Assembly: GCA_963723515.1 (NCBI GenBank)
Contig: CAVRQT010000003.1
Span: 96,001-160,000 of the forward strand
Source of the DNA: Vulcanimicrobiota bacterium
GTDB lineage: Bacteria; Vulcanimicrobiota; Vulcanimicrobiia; Vulcanimicrobiales; Vulcanimicrobiaceae
DNA length: 64,000 nt
Reading direction: 5' to 3'
The translations under genes and the position numbers were made by a program. Within the stretch, counting starts at the first letter, position 1, and every line of letters starts with the position of its first letter. This document shows, piece by piece, positions 20,161 to 28,016 of the stretch. A model generated the notes under the pieces. The model saw only the letters and a list, made by a program, of their open reading frames with translations. It made no database searches and was not told where the DNA came from.

Positions 20161-20961
20161 CTAACCGCCTTGGATCACGACGCGGCGTGACGCGGCGCGC
20201 CATACGAGCATCGAGAGCAATCCAAAGAGTGAAAGCCACAGTGCTTGCGCGATGAAGTAACGCTCGTATTGCGCCGGCGGAATCAAACCGACGTAAATAA
20301 GCAGCGGCGTCGAGTAGATCGCCGCGAATGGAAGCGCGAAGAGAATGCGTCCGACGATGCCGGAAAAGAAGGTCAGCGGAATGACTTGACCGCTCAGCAG
20401 ATCGGAAACCCAGCGCACGATCAACTGCACGGCGAAGGTCTCCAGCGTCCAAAACGCGATGGCGTTCATCACAAAATTGACGAAGAAATTGACGAGATAG
20501 CCAAGGAGAAAGGAAAACGCAAAGGCGGCGGCTGCCTGCGGGGAGCGCGGCAGATCGATGTGCACGAGCAAGAGCGCGAAGATCAGGGAAGGGACGACGA
20601 GCAAGGCATGCACCAGCGTTTGTCCGACGCCGTCGCTGAAAAAGTACATCGGCAGGCTGATCGGCTTCATCAGATCCGTGGCAATCGTGCCTTCCCGCAC
20701 TTTCTCGCGAATCGAACGCGTCCCATCAACTTCCAGAATGAGCGACATGAGCAAGGCGACCGTCGCGTAGGTGATCATCGAGTGAAGCGGCAGACCGAGC
20801 GGGGCGACGTTTTGCGCGTAGAGCGCCGTCCAAAGCGAACGCAACAGGTAGACCCGTAGTACCAGCGAGACGACTTCCGTAAGGACTTCCATGCGATAAG
20901 TCGCTTCGCGCGCGAACGCCTTCTTGGCGAATTCGATGTACGGCTCAGCGCGAAAGCGCAC
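20161..20961 (-). CDS. ABC-2 type permease (DUF990 family), subunit 1
   Basis: G.IATDLMKP, LSGQVIPL.FF, LPF, VIQGG C-terminus. Confidence 0.88.
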   Translation of the reverse strand: MRFRAEPYIEFAKKAFAREATYRMEVLTEVVSLVLRVYLLRSLWTALYAQNVAPLGLPLHSMITYATVALLMSLILEVDGTRSIREKVREGTIATDLMKPISLPMYFFSDGVGQTLVHALLVVPSLIFALLLVHIDLPRSPQAAAAFAFSFLLGYLVNFFVNFVMNAIAFWTLETFAVQLIVRWVSDLLSGQVIPLTFFSGIVGRILFALPFAAIYSTPLLIYVGLIPPAQYERYFIAQALWLSLFGLLSMLVWRAASRRVVIQGG

Positions 20962-20967
20962 GCGGCT

Positions 20968-21741
20968 CTACTTTTTTTCGCGCTTCTCTCGTTCGAGGCC
21001 GGCTTCACGCCGATGTCGCGCTTCCTCAAGCTCGAGGAACATGACGTCGACGACTTTGCCGACATCGGCGGCTTGCGTCGGCGGCGGCTCTTGCGTCTTA
21101 GAAACCGGCGCCTTGACGGCCGCTTTCTTCGGCTGTTCGGGAATCACTGAGTCCTGCGCGTGCTGCAGGCGCAAGAACCTCGCGTATGTTTGTGCCGCCT
21201 TCTCGCGAACGTCGTCGCTTTGCGGCAGATTGAAGACCGTTTCAAAGAAATTCATTTGGGCGTGGACGTCAGGCGCTTCGCGCGGCGGGTGGATCGTCGC
21301 CGGATCGCCGTAGGCGATGTGCTGCATGGGCACATGCTGTCCCGCGCGCACGTGCGTATTGACGTGAACGATCGCGCCCAGCGCAACGCTGACGCCTGAA
21401 TCAACGGTCGCGCCGTTGAAGACGCGGGCACCGGAAGCGATGAATGCGCCGGGCTCGATCGTTGCTCCGACAAGGTATGCGCCGGGGCCGATGATGCAGC
21501 TTTCGCCGATCGTGAGCGGAAACTGCATCGCCTTGCCGCCGCTGCTCTTCAGTACTGCATTCTCCATAACCACGCTATTGGCGCCGACGACGATCGGCGC
21601 GCCCTCGGCGGTGATCACGGCGCCGTGCAGGACGGCGCAATCTTCTTCGAGCGTCACCTCGCCGCTGATGACGGCGGTGGGCGCAACGTAGGCGTTCGCA
21701 TGGATCTTCGGCTTCTTGGTGTTGCTGGAGACGATCATCAT
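20968..21741 (-). CDS. Gamma carbonic anhydrase-like hexapeptide-repeat protein with C-terminal extension
   Basis: KPKIHANAYVAPTAVISGEV and left-handed beta-helix repeats. Confidence 0.8.
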   Translation of the reverse strand: MMIVSSNTKKPKIHANAYVAPTAVISGEVTLEEDCAVLHGAVITAEGAPIVVGANSVVMENAVLKSSGGKAMQFPLTIGESCIIGPGAYLVGATIEPGAFIASGARVFNGATVDSGVSVALGAIVHVNTHVRAGQHVPMQHIAYGDPATIHPPREAPDVHAQMNFFETVFNLPQSDDVREKAAQTYARFLRLQHAQDSVIPEQPKKAAVKAPVSKTQEPPPTQAADVGKVVDVMFLELEEARHRREAGLEREKREKK

Positions 21742-21746
21742 TTACC

Positions 21747-22755
21747 TCATCTGGAGTGCTCGAGCAGCGGATCATCATACCCTTCGATGTAGATCCGTCG
21801 TATGATCGATTCGAGATCGGGCTCTTCGATCGAGACGTCCGTAATCGGAAAACGTTCGCGCGGCAACGCGAATCAACTGGTCCGCTCGAACGCGTTCGCG
21901 ATCGAAGCGAAATCGCGCCACGGCGCCCTCATTGGCAACGAGTTCTGCGTCAGGCAACTGCATGTCGTGACGTGGTTCGCTCATCGTCACCACGAGCGTC
22001 CGATGCGTCCCGTACTGCTCCTTGATCCGCTCGATCGGGCCGTCGTAAATGATCGTACCGCGGTCGATCAAGACGATGCGATGCGAGAGGCGCTCGACGT
22101 CGGCCAAGTCATGCGTCGTCAAAATGATCGTCGTGCCGCGCTGCTCGTTGATGGCGCGCACGAAATCACGGATTGCCTCCTTCGCGACGATATCGAGTCC
22201 GATCGTCGGCTCATCGAGGTAGATGATCTTCGGGTCGTGCAGCATCGCCGCCGCAAAATCGCCGCGCATGCGTTGCCCAAGCGAAAGTTGACGCACCGGC
22301 GTCTGAAGGAATTCTCCCATCTCGAGCACTTCCGTGAAGTGAGCTAAATTGGCAGCATAACGATCGCTTGGAATCGCATAGATTGCGCGCAACAACTCGA
22401 ACGATTCGATCAGCGGAAGATCCCAATACAACTGGCTGCGCTGACCGAAGACGACGCCGATGTGCTTTGCATTCTCTTGGCGGGATTGATATGGAACGCG
22501 GCCGTCGACCTCGATCAGACCGGATGTTGGTACGAGGATTCCCGTCAGCATCTTGATCGTCGTCGACTTTCCCGCGCCGTTGGGACCGATGTACCCGACG
22601 AGTTCGCCCGGTTCAAGCGACATATTCACGTTGCGAACCGCGACTTTTTCGACATACTTACGGCTGAAAAGCGTCCGGATTGCGCCTGCCGGTCCGCTTT
22701 CGCGCTGAACGGAGCGAAACGTTTTGCAAAGGTCGCGCGTGCGAATGATGGGCAT
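21747..22755 (-). CDS. ABC transporter ATP-binding protein, frameshifted near 21860
   Basis: GPNGAGKST, LSLGQRMR, LDEPTIGLD, TTHD; true C-terminus ITDVSIEEPDLESIIRRIY lies in the shifted frame, ending TGA 21747. Confidence 0.9.
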
Positions 22756-22800
22756 GGCAGGAGGCGCTATTCCACGCGCTGCAAGCGGTCCCTTAGCGAG

Positions 22801-23412
22801 ATGATCGTGACCGTTTCGAATCAATACGGCGCCGGCGCGATCGAGATTGCGCGGCGCGCGGCGGCACAGCTGGGCTACCGCGTCATCGACCAAGAGCTTC
22901 CCGTCGTCGTCGCAAAGCGGCTTCATACCTCACCCGATGCCGTCAGCGCGAGCGAGGATACGAGCCGCAATCTCGGCGAGCGGTTGATCAGCGGTCTCGA
23001 ACTGGCGACGCCCGAGATTTCGCTCGCATCGCGCGAGCAGCAATCCTTCGACCGCGATTGTTTGCGTGAGGTGCAAGTCGCGGTGCGAGAATTTGCTTCC
23101 CAAGGCAACGTGTTCATCATCGGCCGTGCGGCCTATGCGATCTTAGGCCGGCGCGATGACGTGGTGCGCGTCTTCATGTATGCGCCGCGTGAGTGGCGCA
23201 TCGAGCGCATCAGCGACGCAATGCAGGTTCCCCAGGCGCAAGCGGCAGCCGAAGTCGAACGCATCGACCGAGCGCGACGCGCGTACGTTCACGACTACTA
23301 CCAGCTTGAGTGGGCCGACTCCAAACACTACGATCTGTGCATCGATACGGCGCGCTTCGGTCAGCAAGCAAGCGCGTCGATCATCGCCGGCGCGGTTCGT
23401 GGATGCGCGTAG
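22801..23412 (+). CDS. Cytidylate kinase-like family protein
   Basis: MIVTVSNQYGAGA.EIA, IIGR, D..RR.Y...YY, YDLCIDT. Confidence 0.85.
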   Translation: MIVTVSNQYGAGAIEIARRAAAQLGYRVIDQELPVVVAKRLHTSPDAVSASEDTSRNLGERLISGLELATPEISLASREQQSFDRDCLREVQVAVREFASQGNVFIIGRAAYAILGRRDDVVRVFMYAPREWRIERISDAMQVPQAQAAAEVERIDRARRAYVHDYYQLEWADSKHYDLCIDTARFGQQASASIIAGAVRGCA

Positions 23413-24671
23413 CGCGCGAGCTGCCGGCGCTCCTGGAAGAGGCGCCTCCAAAGCGCGGGCCGGGACTCTTTGGTGCGCTGCGGTTTCACGACTTTCGGTT
23501 GTTGTGGATGGGACTGCTCGTCTCGAATCTCGGCACGTGGATGCAATTTACGGCGATCGGCTACTTCGTCGTAAAGCTCTCGCCGACGCCGCAACTCGGA
23601 TCGTTTTACCTCGGTGTGCTCGGCATCGCGCGCGCGATTCCGGTGCTCTTAGCATCACCGATCGCGGGCGTCGTCGCAGATCGTCTGCCGCGACGGCGTG
23701 TGCTCTTTATAACGAACTCGACGATTTCGGCGCTCGCACTGCTTTTAGCCGTGCTCACAAGCCTGCACAGGATCAACATTTGGGGGTTGATCACGCTGTC
23801 TATGCTCAACGCGGCCGCGCAATCGTTCGACGTGCCGGCGCGGCAAAGTTGGGTGCCGCTGCTCGTCGACCGCGAATACGTCGGTAACGCGATCGGTCTG
23901 AATTCGATCGCCTTCAACGCGCCGGCGGTCATCGGGCCGGCGATCGCGGGTTTCTTGATCGCTTACGCCGGCGTTGCGGGGTCGTTTTACGTAAACGCGG
24001 GCGCGACGCTCGCGGTCGTTCTGGCGTTGCTCTTCATGCAATCGCCGGCGCCCTCGAGCACCGTAGCCGAGCCGCTGCTCGTTTCGATTCGCAACGGCAT
24101 TGCGTTCTTGCTTTCGCACGCCATTCTGCGCTATGTCATCATCTTTTTTATGGTGAGCGCGCTCCTCGTGCGATCGTATAGTCTCGTGCTGCCGGCATAT
24201 GCGTTGAACTATCTCGGCGCCGACGCGAAGGGACTCGGTTGGGCGATCGCCGCGACCGGCGTCGGCGGATTCGCCGGTGCGCTCGTTACTGCGCTCTTTG
24301 GATCGCGCGATCGACGCGGCGGATTGTGGTTGCTCTCTGCAAGCGTCATGGCGCTCTCCGTCTTCGCGTTGGGCTTCGTGCGCACGTTATGGATGAGCAT
24401 TCCGGTGCTGATGGTAATCGGGCTTGCCACATTGGCGTTTATGGGCATGTCGAACATCTTGATTCAGACGCTCTCGCCGGATGCGGTGCGCGGTCGCGCG
24501 ATTTCGGTGTACTCGATGCTTGCGCTTGGATTCGTACCTGCCGGCGCCTTTGTCATCGGCGGTTTAGGGTCGCTGATCGGCCTCGGACATGCCTTCATCG
24601 CCGCGGGGCTGGCAACCGCGCTCTTTGCGGTATGGCTGACCCTGCGCAGACCAATCATCAGAACGGTATAA
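23403..24671 (+). CDS. MFS transporter (MFS_3/H+ antiporter-like)
   Basis: GVVADRLPRRR motif A, PARQS, VRGR; about 12 TM segments. Confidence 0.9.
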   Translation: MRVARELPALLEEAPPKRGPGLFGALRFHDFRLLWMGLLVSNLGTWMQFTAIGYFVVKLSPTPQLGSFYLGVLGIARAIPVLLASPIAGVVADRLPRRRVLFITNSTISALALLLAVLTSLHRINIWGLITLSMLNAAAQSFDVPARQSWVPLLVDREYVGNAIGLNSIAFNAPAVIGPAIAGFLIAYAGVAGSFYVNAGATLAVVLALLFMQSPAPSSTVAEPLLVSIRNGIAFLLSHAILRYVIIFFMVSALLVRSYSLVLPAYALNYLGADAKGLGWAIAATGVGGFAGALVTALFGSRDRRGGLWLLSASVMALSVFALGFVRTLWMSIPVLMVIGLATLAFMGMSNILIQTLSPDAVRGRAISVYSMLALGFVPAGAFVIGGLGSLIGLGHAFIAAGLATALFAVWLTLRRPIIRTV

Positions 24672-24836
24672 GGAACCTCTGATCAAGTCCCACGCGGCCC
24701 ATCCTCGGCCGTTTTTTGCCGATTTCAGCGTTGCTGCGGCGGCCACAATGCGTGCTGCATTGCGTCCGTCCTCGCGCCTTGAACTCAACAAAAATCGTCA
24801 CGAGGTTGAACGACGGAGACTTAATCACAGGTTCCT
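24671..24836. mobile_element. MITE-like long imperfect palindrome (166 bp)
   Basis: 19-bp terminal inverted repeats AGGAACCTCTGATCAAGTC / GACTTAATCACAGGTTCCT (2 mismatches); central hairpin CAATGC-N5-GCATTG at the midpoint. Confidence 0.6.
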
Positions 24837-24840
24837 ATAG

Positions 24841-24870
24841 AAAAAAGCGAGCCGCGAAATGCGACTCGCT
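24841..24870 (-). terminator. Intrinsic terminator of the histone-like gene
   Basis: Minus strand GCGAGTCGC-ATTTC-GCGGCTCGC followed by a T run. Confidence 0.85.
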
Positions 24871-24892
24871 AAAGGCACTAAAGAGCCGGGTC

Positions 24893-25204
24893 TTAGGCCG
24901 CTGCCTTCCTCCGACGGCTCCTGCGGCGCGGTTTTGCGGATGCCGCTTTACGCGACGATTTGCGCCGCGTCGACGCCTTGCGAGCTTTCTTTCGTCCGCC
25001 GGACTTCCGTCCGCTTGATTTCTTGCGTCCGCTCGATTTCTTGCGTCCGCTCGATTTCTTACGGCCGCTCGATTTGCGTCCGCCCTTGCGTGCTGCTGAG
25101 CGCTTTGCGGTTGATTTGCGTCCGCCTTTTCTCGAACTGGATTTTTTCGACGAACTCTTCGCGCTCGATCTCTTACGTTTGGCTGCCATATTTCGTGCAG
25201 TCAT
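24893..25204 (-). CDS. Highly basic protamine/histone H1-like protein (103 aa)
   Basis: GGAGAAAGG RBS; about 45% Lys+Arg, no acidic or aromatic residues; own terminator. Confidence 0.75.
   Translation of the reverse strand: MTARNMAAKRKRSSAKSSSKKSSSRKGGRKSTAKRSAARKGGRKSSGRKKSSGRKKSSGRKKSSGRKSGGRKKARKASTRRKSSRKAASAKPRRRSRRRKAAA
25008..25075 (+). repeat. 18-bp tandem repeat (about 3.8 copies) encoding KKSSGR on the minus strand
   Basis: CGTCCGCTCGATTTCTTG-like units at 25008, 25026, 25044, 25062. Confidence 0.9.
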
Positions 25205-25306
25205 CCTTTCTCCGGTCTGGTAAAGACCAGGGTTGTTGCCTCCTTTATACAGCAAACTAGCGTGTGCACGCAAGTTTTGGCGTTGCGCGACGGGAAGTGC
25301 AAGTGA

Positions 25307-26102
25307 GTGAACGTTACAATCGACGGCGTTCGATTGCATGCGATCAGCGCCGGAAACGGATCGTGCGTCGTACTGTTGCACGGCTTTCCGTTGTCCGACG
25401 TGATTTGGAATGCGCAGCTCGAAGCGCTCTCCTCCGCCTCACATGTAATTGCGCCCGATTTGCGCGGTATGGGGCAATCCGATGCGCCGCCGGGGCCGTA
25501 TCTCATGGAGCATCTTGCCGCCGATATCGCTGCGATGCTCGACATCCTTGGAGTTTCACGCGCCGCGATCGTCGGGCATTCGATGGGTGGTTATGCGGCA
25601 TTGTCGTTCTTTCGGATGTTCAGCGAACGTGTCTCGAGTTTGACGCTCATGTGCAGCCGCGTCGATGCCGATACGCCGCAAGCGGCAGAACGCCGAATTG
25701 CACTCGCAACCCGCTTAGAGCGCGAAGGGATGGAGCCGGCGGTCGATGAGTATCTTCCCAAGCTGCTTGCCGCCGATGCCTCCAGTGGGCTCGTTGGTTC
25801 GGTTGCGGCGGTGATGCGTTCGCAAAACCCGATGGGCGCTGCGGCCTTGCTGCGTGGTGCGGCGGTACGCGCCTCGTCGGACGATTTGTTGGAAGATCTC
25901 GACGTGCCGGTGCTGATCGTCTGCGGGTCAGACGATGCGATTTCTCCACCGGAAACGAATGCCGGCGTTGCGGCGCGCATTCATGATTCAGAATTGAAAG
26001 TGATCGAGCGCTCGGCTCACTTGCCGATGCTGGAAAATCCGCACGCAACTGAGCGACGCTCTCAAGGGCTTCCTGCAGCGCTCGGGAACCATTCAGGTGT
26101 GA
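25307..26102 (+). CDS. Alpha/beta hydrolase (PcaD/MenH-like), frameshifted near 26045
   Basis: LLHGFP, PDLRGMG, VGHSMGG, GSDD, SAHLPMLENP; shifted frame gives LSDALKGFLQ...TGA 26102. Confidence 0.85.
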
Positions 26103-26842
26103 AACGGATGGTGGTCGTAGGGACCATCGTAGCGTCTGCGTTTCTCCTCTCCGCGGCTGCGACGCAAGCTCAAAGCAAGCCGTTGCGTCACCTTGTCTAC
26201 AATGTGGGCGTCACCGAGTCGACGCAAACCGACGAGCTCGTCATGGGCAACCACGATTGGATGCCGACGGCCGGCAGCGGCGTCGCGCACTACAGCGGCG
26301 GCATGCTCTCAAATGGAACGATTGACGTCGATATCATCGGATTTACGAACGAAGGCGATGCTCTCGCCGTGCAAATCTCGGAGCATACCGACAATCGCCG
26401 TTCGCCGGTCGTTCGTGTCGACGTCACGTCGGACGGCGCCTTGCGGATGCGCTCGGAAGATGCGATCAACCTCACGTCGGAGGAGCAGGCGCTGTTGCGG
26501 CTTCTCGCACGAAAGTTTCTCAGTCAAGACGGCATGCTGGCCGGAACATGGGTGCATCAGCTGATCGATCGTCAAGCCGATATTCACGAAGAATTCCATG
26601 TCACAGGAACGCAGCCCAACGGCGACATCAACATCGCGCTCGACGAGCGGATCAAAGTTTCCGGCGCGCAGCCGTTCGATACGACGACGCACGGAACGAT
26701 TACGTACAGCCCAGCGTACAAAGTACCGCGGTTGGTCCTCATTGACGGCCGCACGCATCACGAGGGTCTCCAGCAAACGCAGACCGAGGATCTCAAGGTG
26801 CACCTGAACCTTGTCAGCGACTCGTTCGAACCAAACAGCTGA
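26099..26842 (+). CDS. Secreted hypothetical protein (paralog 1)
   Basis: GTG overlapping the upstream TGA; signal peptide ending ATQAQ; collinear similarity to 26919..27677. Confidence 0.75.
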   Translation: MKRMVVVGTIVASAFLLSAAATQAQSKPLRHLVYNVGVTESTQTDELVMGNHDWMPTAGSGVAHYSGGMLSNGTIDVDIIGFTNEGDALAVQISEHTDNRRSPVVRVDVTSDGALRMRSEDAINLTSEEQALLRLLARKFLSQDGMLAGTWVHQLIDRQADIHEEFHVTGTQPNGDINIALDERIKVSGAQPFDTTTHGTITYSPAYKVPRLVLIDGRTHHEGLQQTQTEDLKVHLNLVSDSFEPNS

Positions 26843-26918
26843 CTTTAAGCAAGCGCGTACTTAACAGCGCCCGCAACTGTTCAAGGATTGGCTGCCCCAC
26901 AACCCTGAAGTAACATTC

Positions 26919-27677
26919 ATGAAAAGAACGGCGATCGTTGCACTCGCCCTGGGCGGCGTCTTTCTCTCGTGCGGCACGGCGCTTGCGCAAAAATTACCGC
27001 GTCACTTGGTCTATAAAGTCGGCGTGACGGTTTCCAGTCAGACCGAGGAGCTGACGATGGGTGAAGCCGGTCCCGGCGGTGCAAATGCTTCGATGGCCGG
27101 GGCGTCGGCGAGCAGCGGTGTCGCGCGCTACAACGGCGGCATGCTTTCGAAGGGAACGATCACGGCAGATGTCACCGGGATCACCGCGGACAACGCGTTG
27201 GCGGTGCAGATCTCAGAGGATACGGATAACCGTAAGGCGCCGCCGGTGCGCGTCGACGTTATGCCGGACGGCCAACTCCGCATTCCGGCCGATCAGGCCC
27301 TCAACCTCACTCCCGAGGAGCACGCGCTGTTGGCCCTGCTTGGACGCGACTTCGTGAGCAATGATGACGTCAACGCCGGTAAGTGGGTCCGCGAAGTATC
27401 ACAGAGCCAATCGAACGTTCACGAGACCTACCAAATCACCGGAACGCAGCCGAACGGCGATATCGCCATCACCGTAAACCAGCAGGTGAAAGTGACGGGC
27501 GCGCAGCCGTCCGATACGACGACCTACGGCACGATTACTTACAGCAGCAAATTTAAGGTGCCGCGTTCAATCTCGCTTAACGGACGCACCCATCAAGAGG
27601 GCGTTCAGCAAACGCAAACCCAGGATACCAAGCTGAACTTGGATCTCCTGAGCGATTCGTTTCAGACGGGCGGCTAA
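26919..27677 (+). CDS. Secreted hypothetical protein (paralog 2)
   Basis: Signal peptide MKRTAIVAL...ALA; shares RHLVY.VGVT, GGMLS.GTI, TGTQPNGDI, KVPR, L.SDSF with paralog 1. Confidence 0.8.
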   Translation: MKRTAIVALALGGVFLSCGTALAQKLPRHLVYKVGVTVSSQTEELTMGEAGPGGANASMAGASASSGVARYNGGMLSKGTITADVTGITADNALAVQISEDTDNRKAPPVRVDVMPDGQLRIPADQALNLTPEEHALLALLGRDFVSNDDVNAGKWVREVSQSQSNVHETYQITGTQPNGDIAITVNQQVKVTGAQPSDTTTYGTITYSSKFKVPRSISLNGRTHQEGVQQTQTQDTKLNLDLLSDSFQTGG

Positions 27678-27683
27678 AGAATT

Positions 27684-27712
27684 TCGAAGAAATTGGCAAG
27701 CAATTTCTTCGA
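27684..27712. repeat. Perfect 12-bp inverted repeat TCGAAGAAATTG-N5-CAATTTCTTCGA
   Basis: Read directly, immediately after the paralog 2 stop. Confidence 0.8.
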
Positions 27713-27725
27713 GAGAGAATAGGTT

Positions 27726-27762
27726 GAAAGCGGAGTGGCGAGTAAATCGTCACTCCGCTTTC
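27726..27762. terminator. Probable bidirectional intrinsic terminator
   Basis: GAAAGCGGAGTGGCGA-GTAAA-TCGTCACTCCGCTTTC between convergent genes. Confidence 0.75.
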
Positions 27763-27786
27763 TTCGGTTCGAAGCGCCGCGAAGAG

Positions 27787-27975
27787 CTACCGGGAGATTG
27801 GGAGCTGCGGGCGCCGTCCGAGGCGGCGCACGAAATTCACGAGGAACAACACGCCGATCAATAGCGCCGCGATCACGGCTGCCGCAACCACAATGGGCAG
27901 GGCGAGGAGAGCGACCTTTACGATGACGATGCAGAGCGCGAGCAAGATCGTCAGTCGAACAAATGTATTGAGCAT
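27787..27975 (-). CDS. Small membrane protein (62 aa)
   Basis: Long hydrophobic segment(s) and a basic C-terminal tail. Confidence 0.6.
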   Translation of the reverse strand: MLNTFVRLTILLALCIVIVKVALLALPIVVAAAVIAALLIGVLFLVNFVRRLGRRPQLPISR

Positions 27976-28016
27976 TCTGCGATATCTACCGGAACGCGCG
28001 GCAGCAAGTTTCGTCC

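Noticed and set aside
25008..25075. Tandem repeats as a possible CRISPR array
   Set aside because: Contiguous 18-bp coding repeats with no spacers and no cas genes.
25307..26842. 511-aa hydrolase-secreted protein fusion ORF
   Set aside because: A shifted frame gives a normal hydrolase end at TGA 26102. The second half has its own GTG and signal peptide and matches the stand-alone paralog next door.
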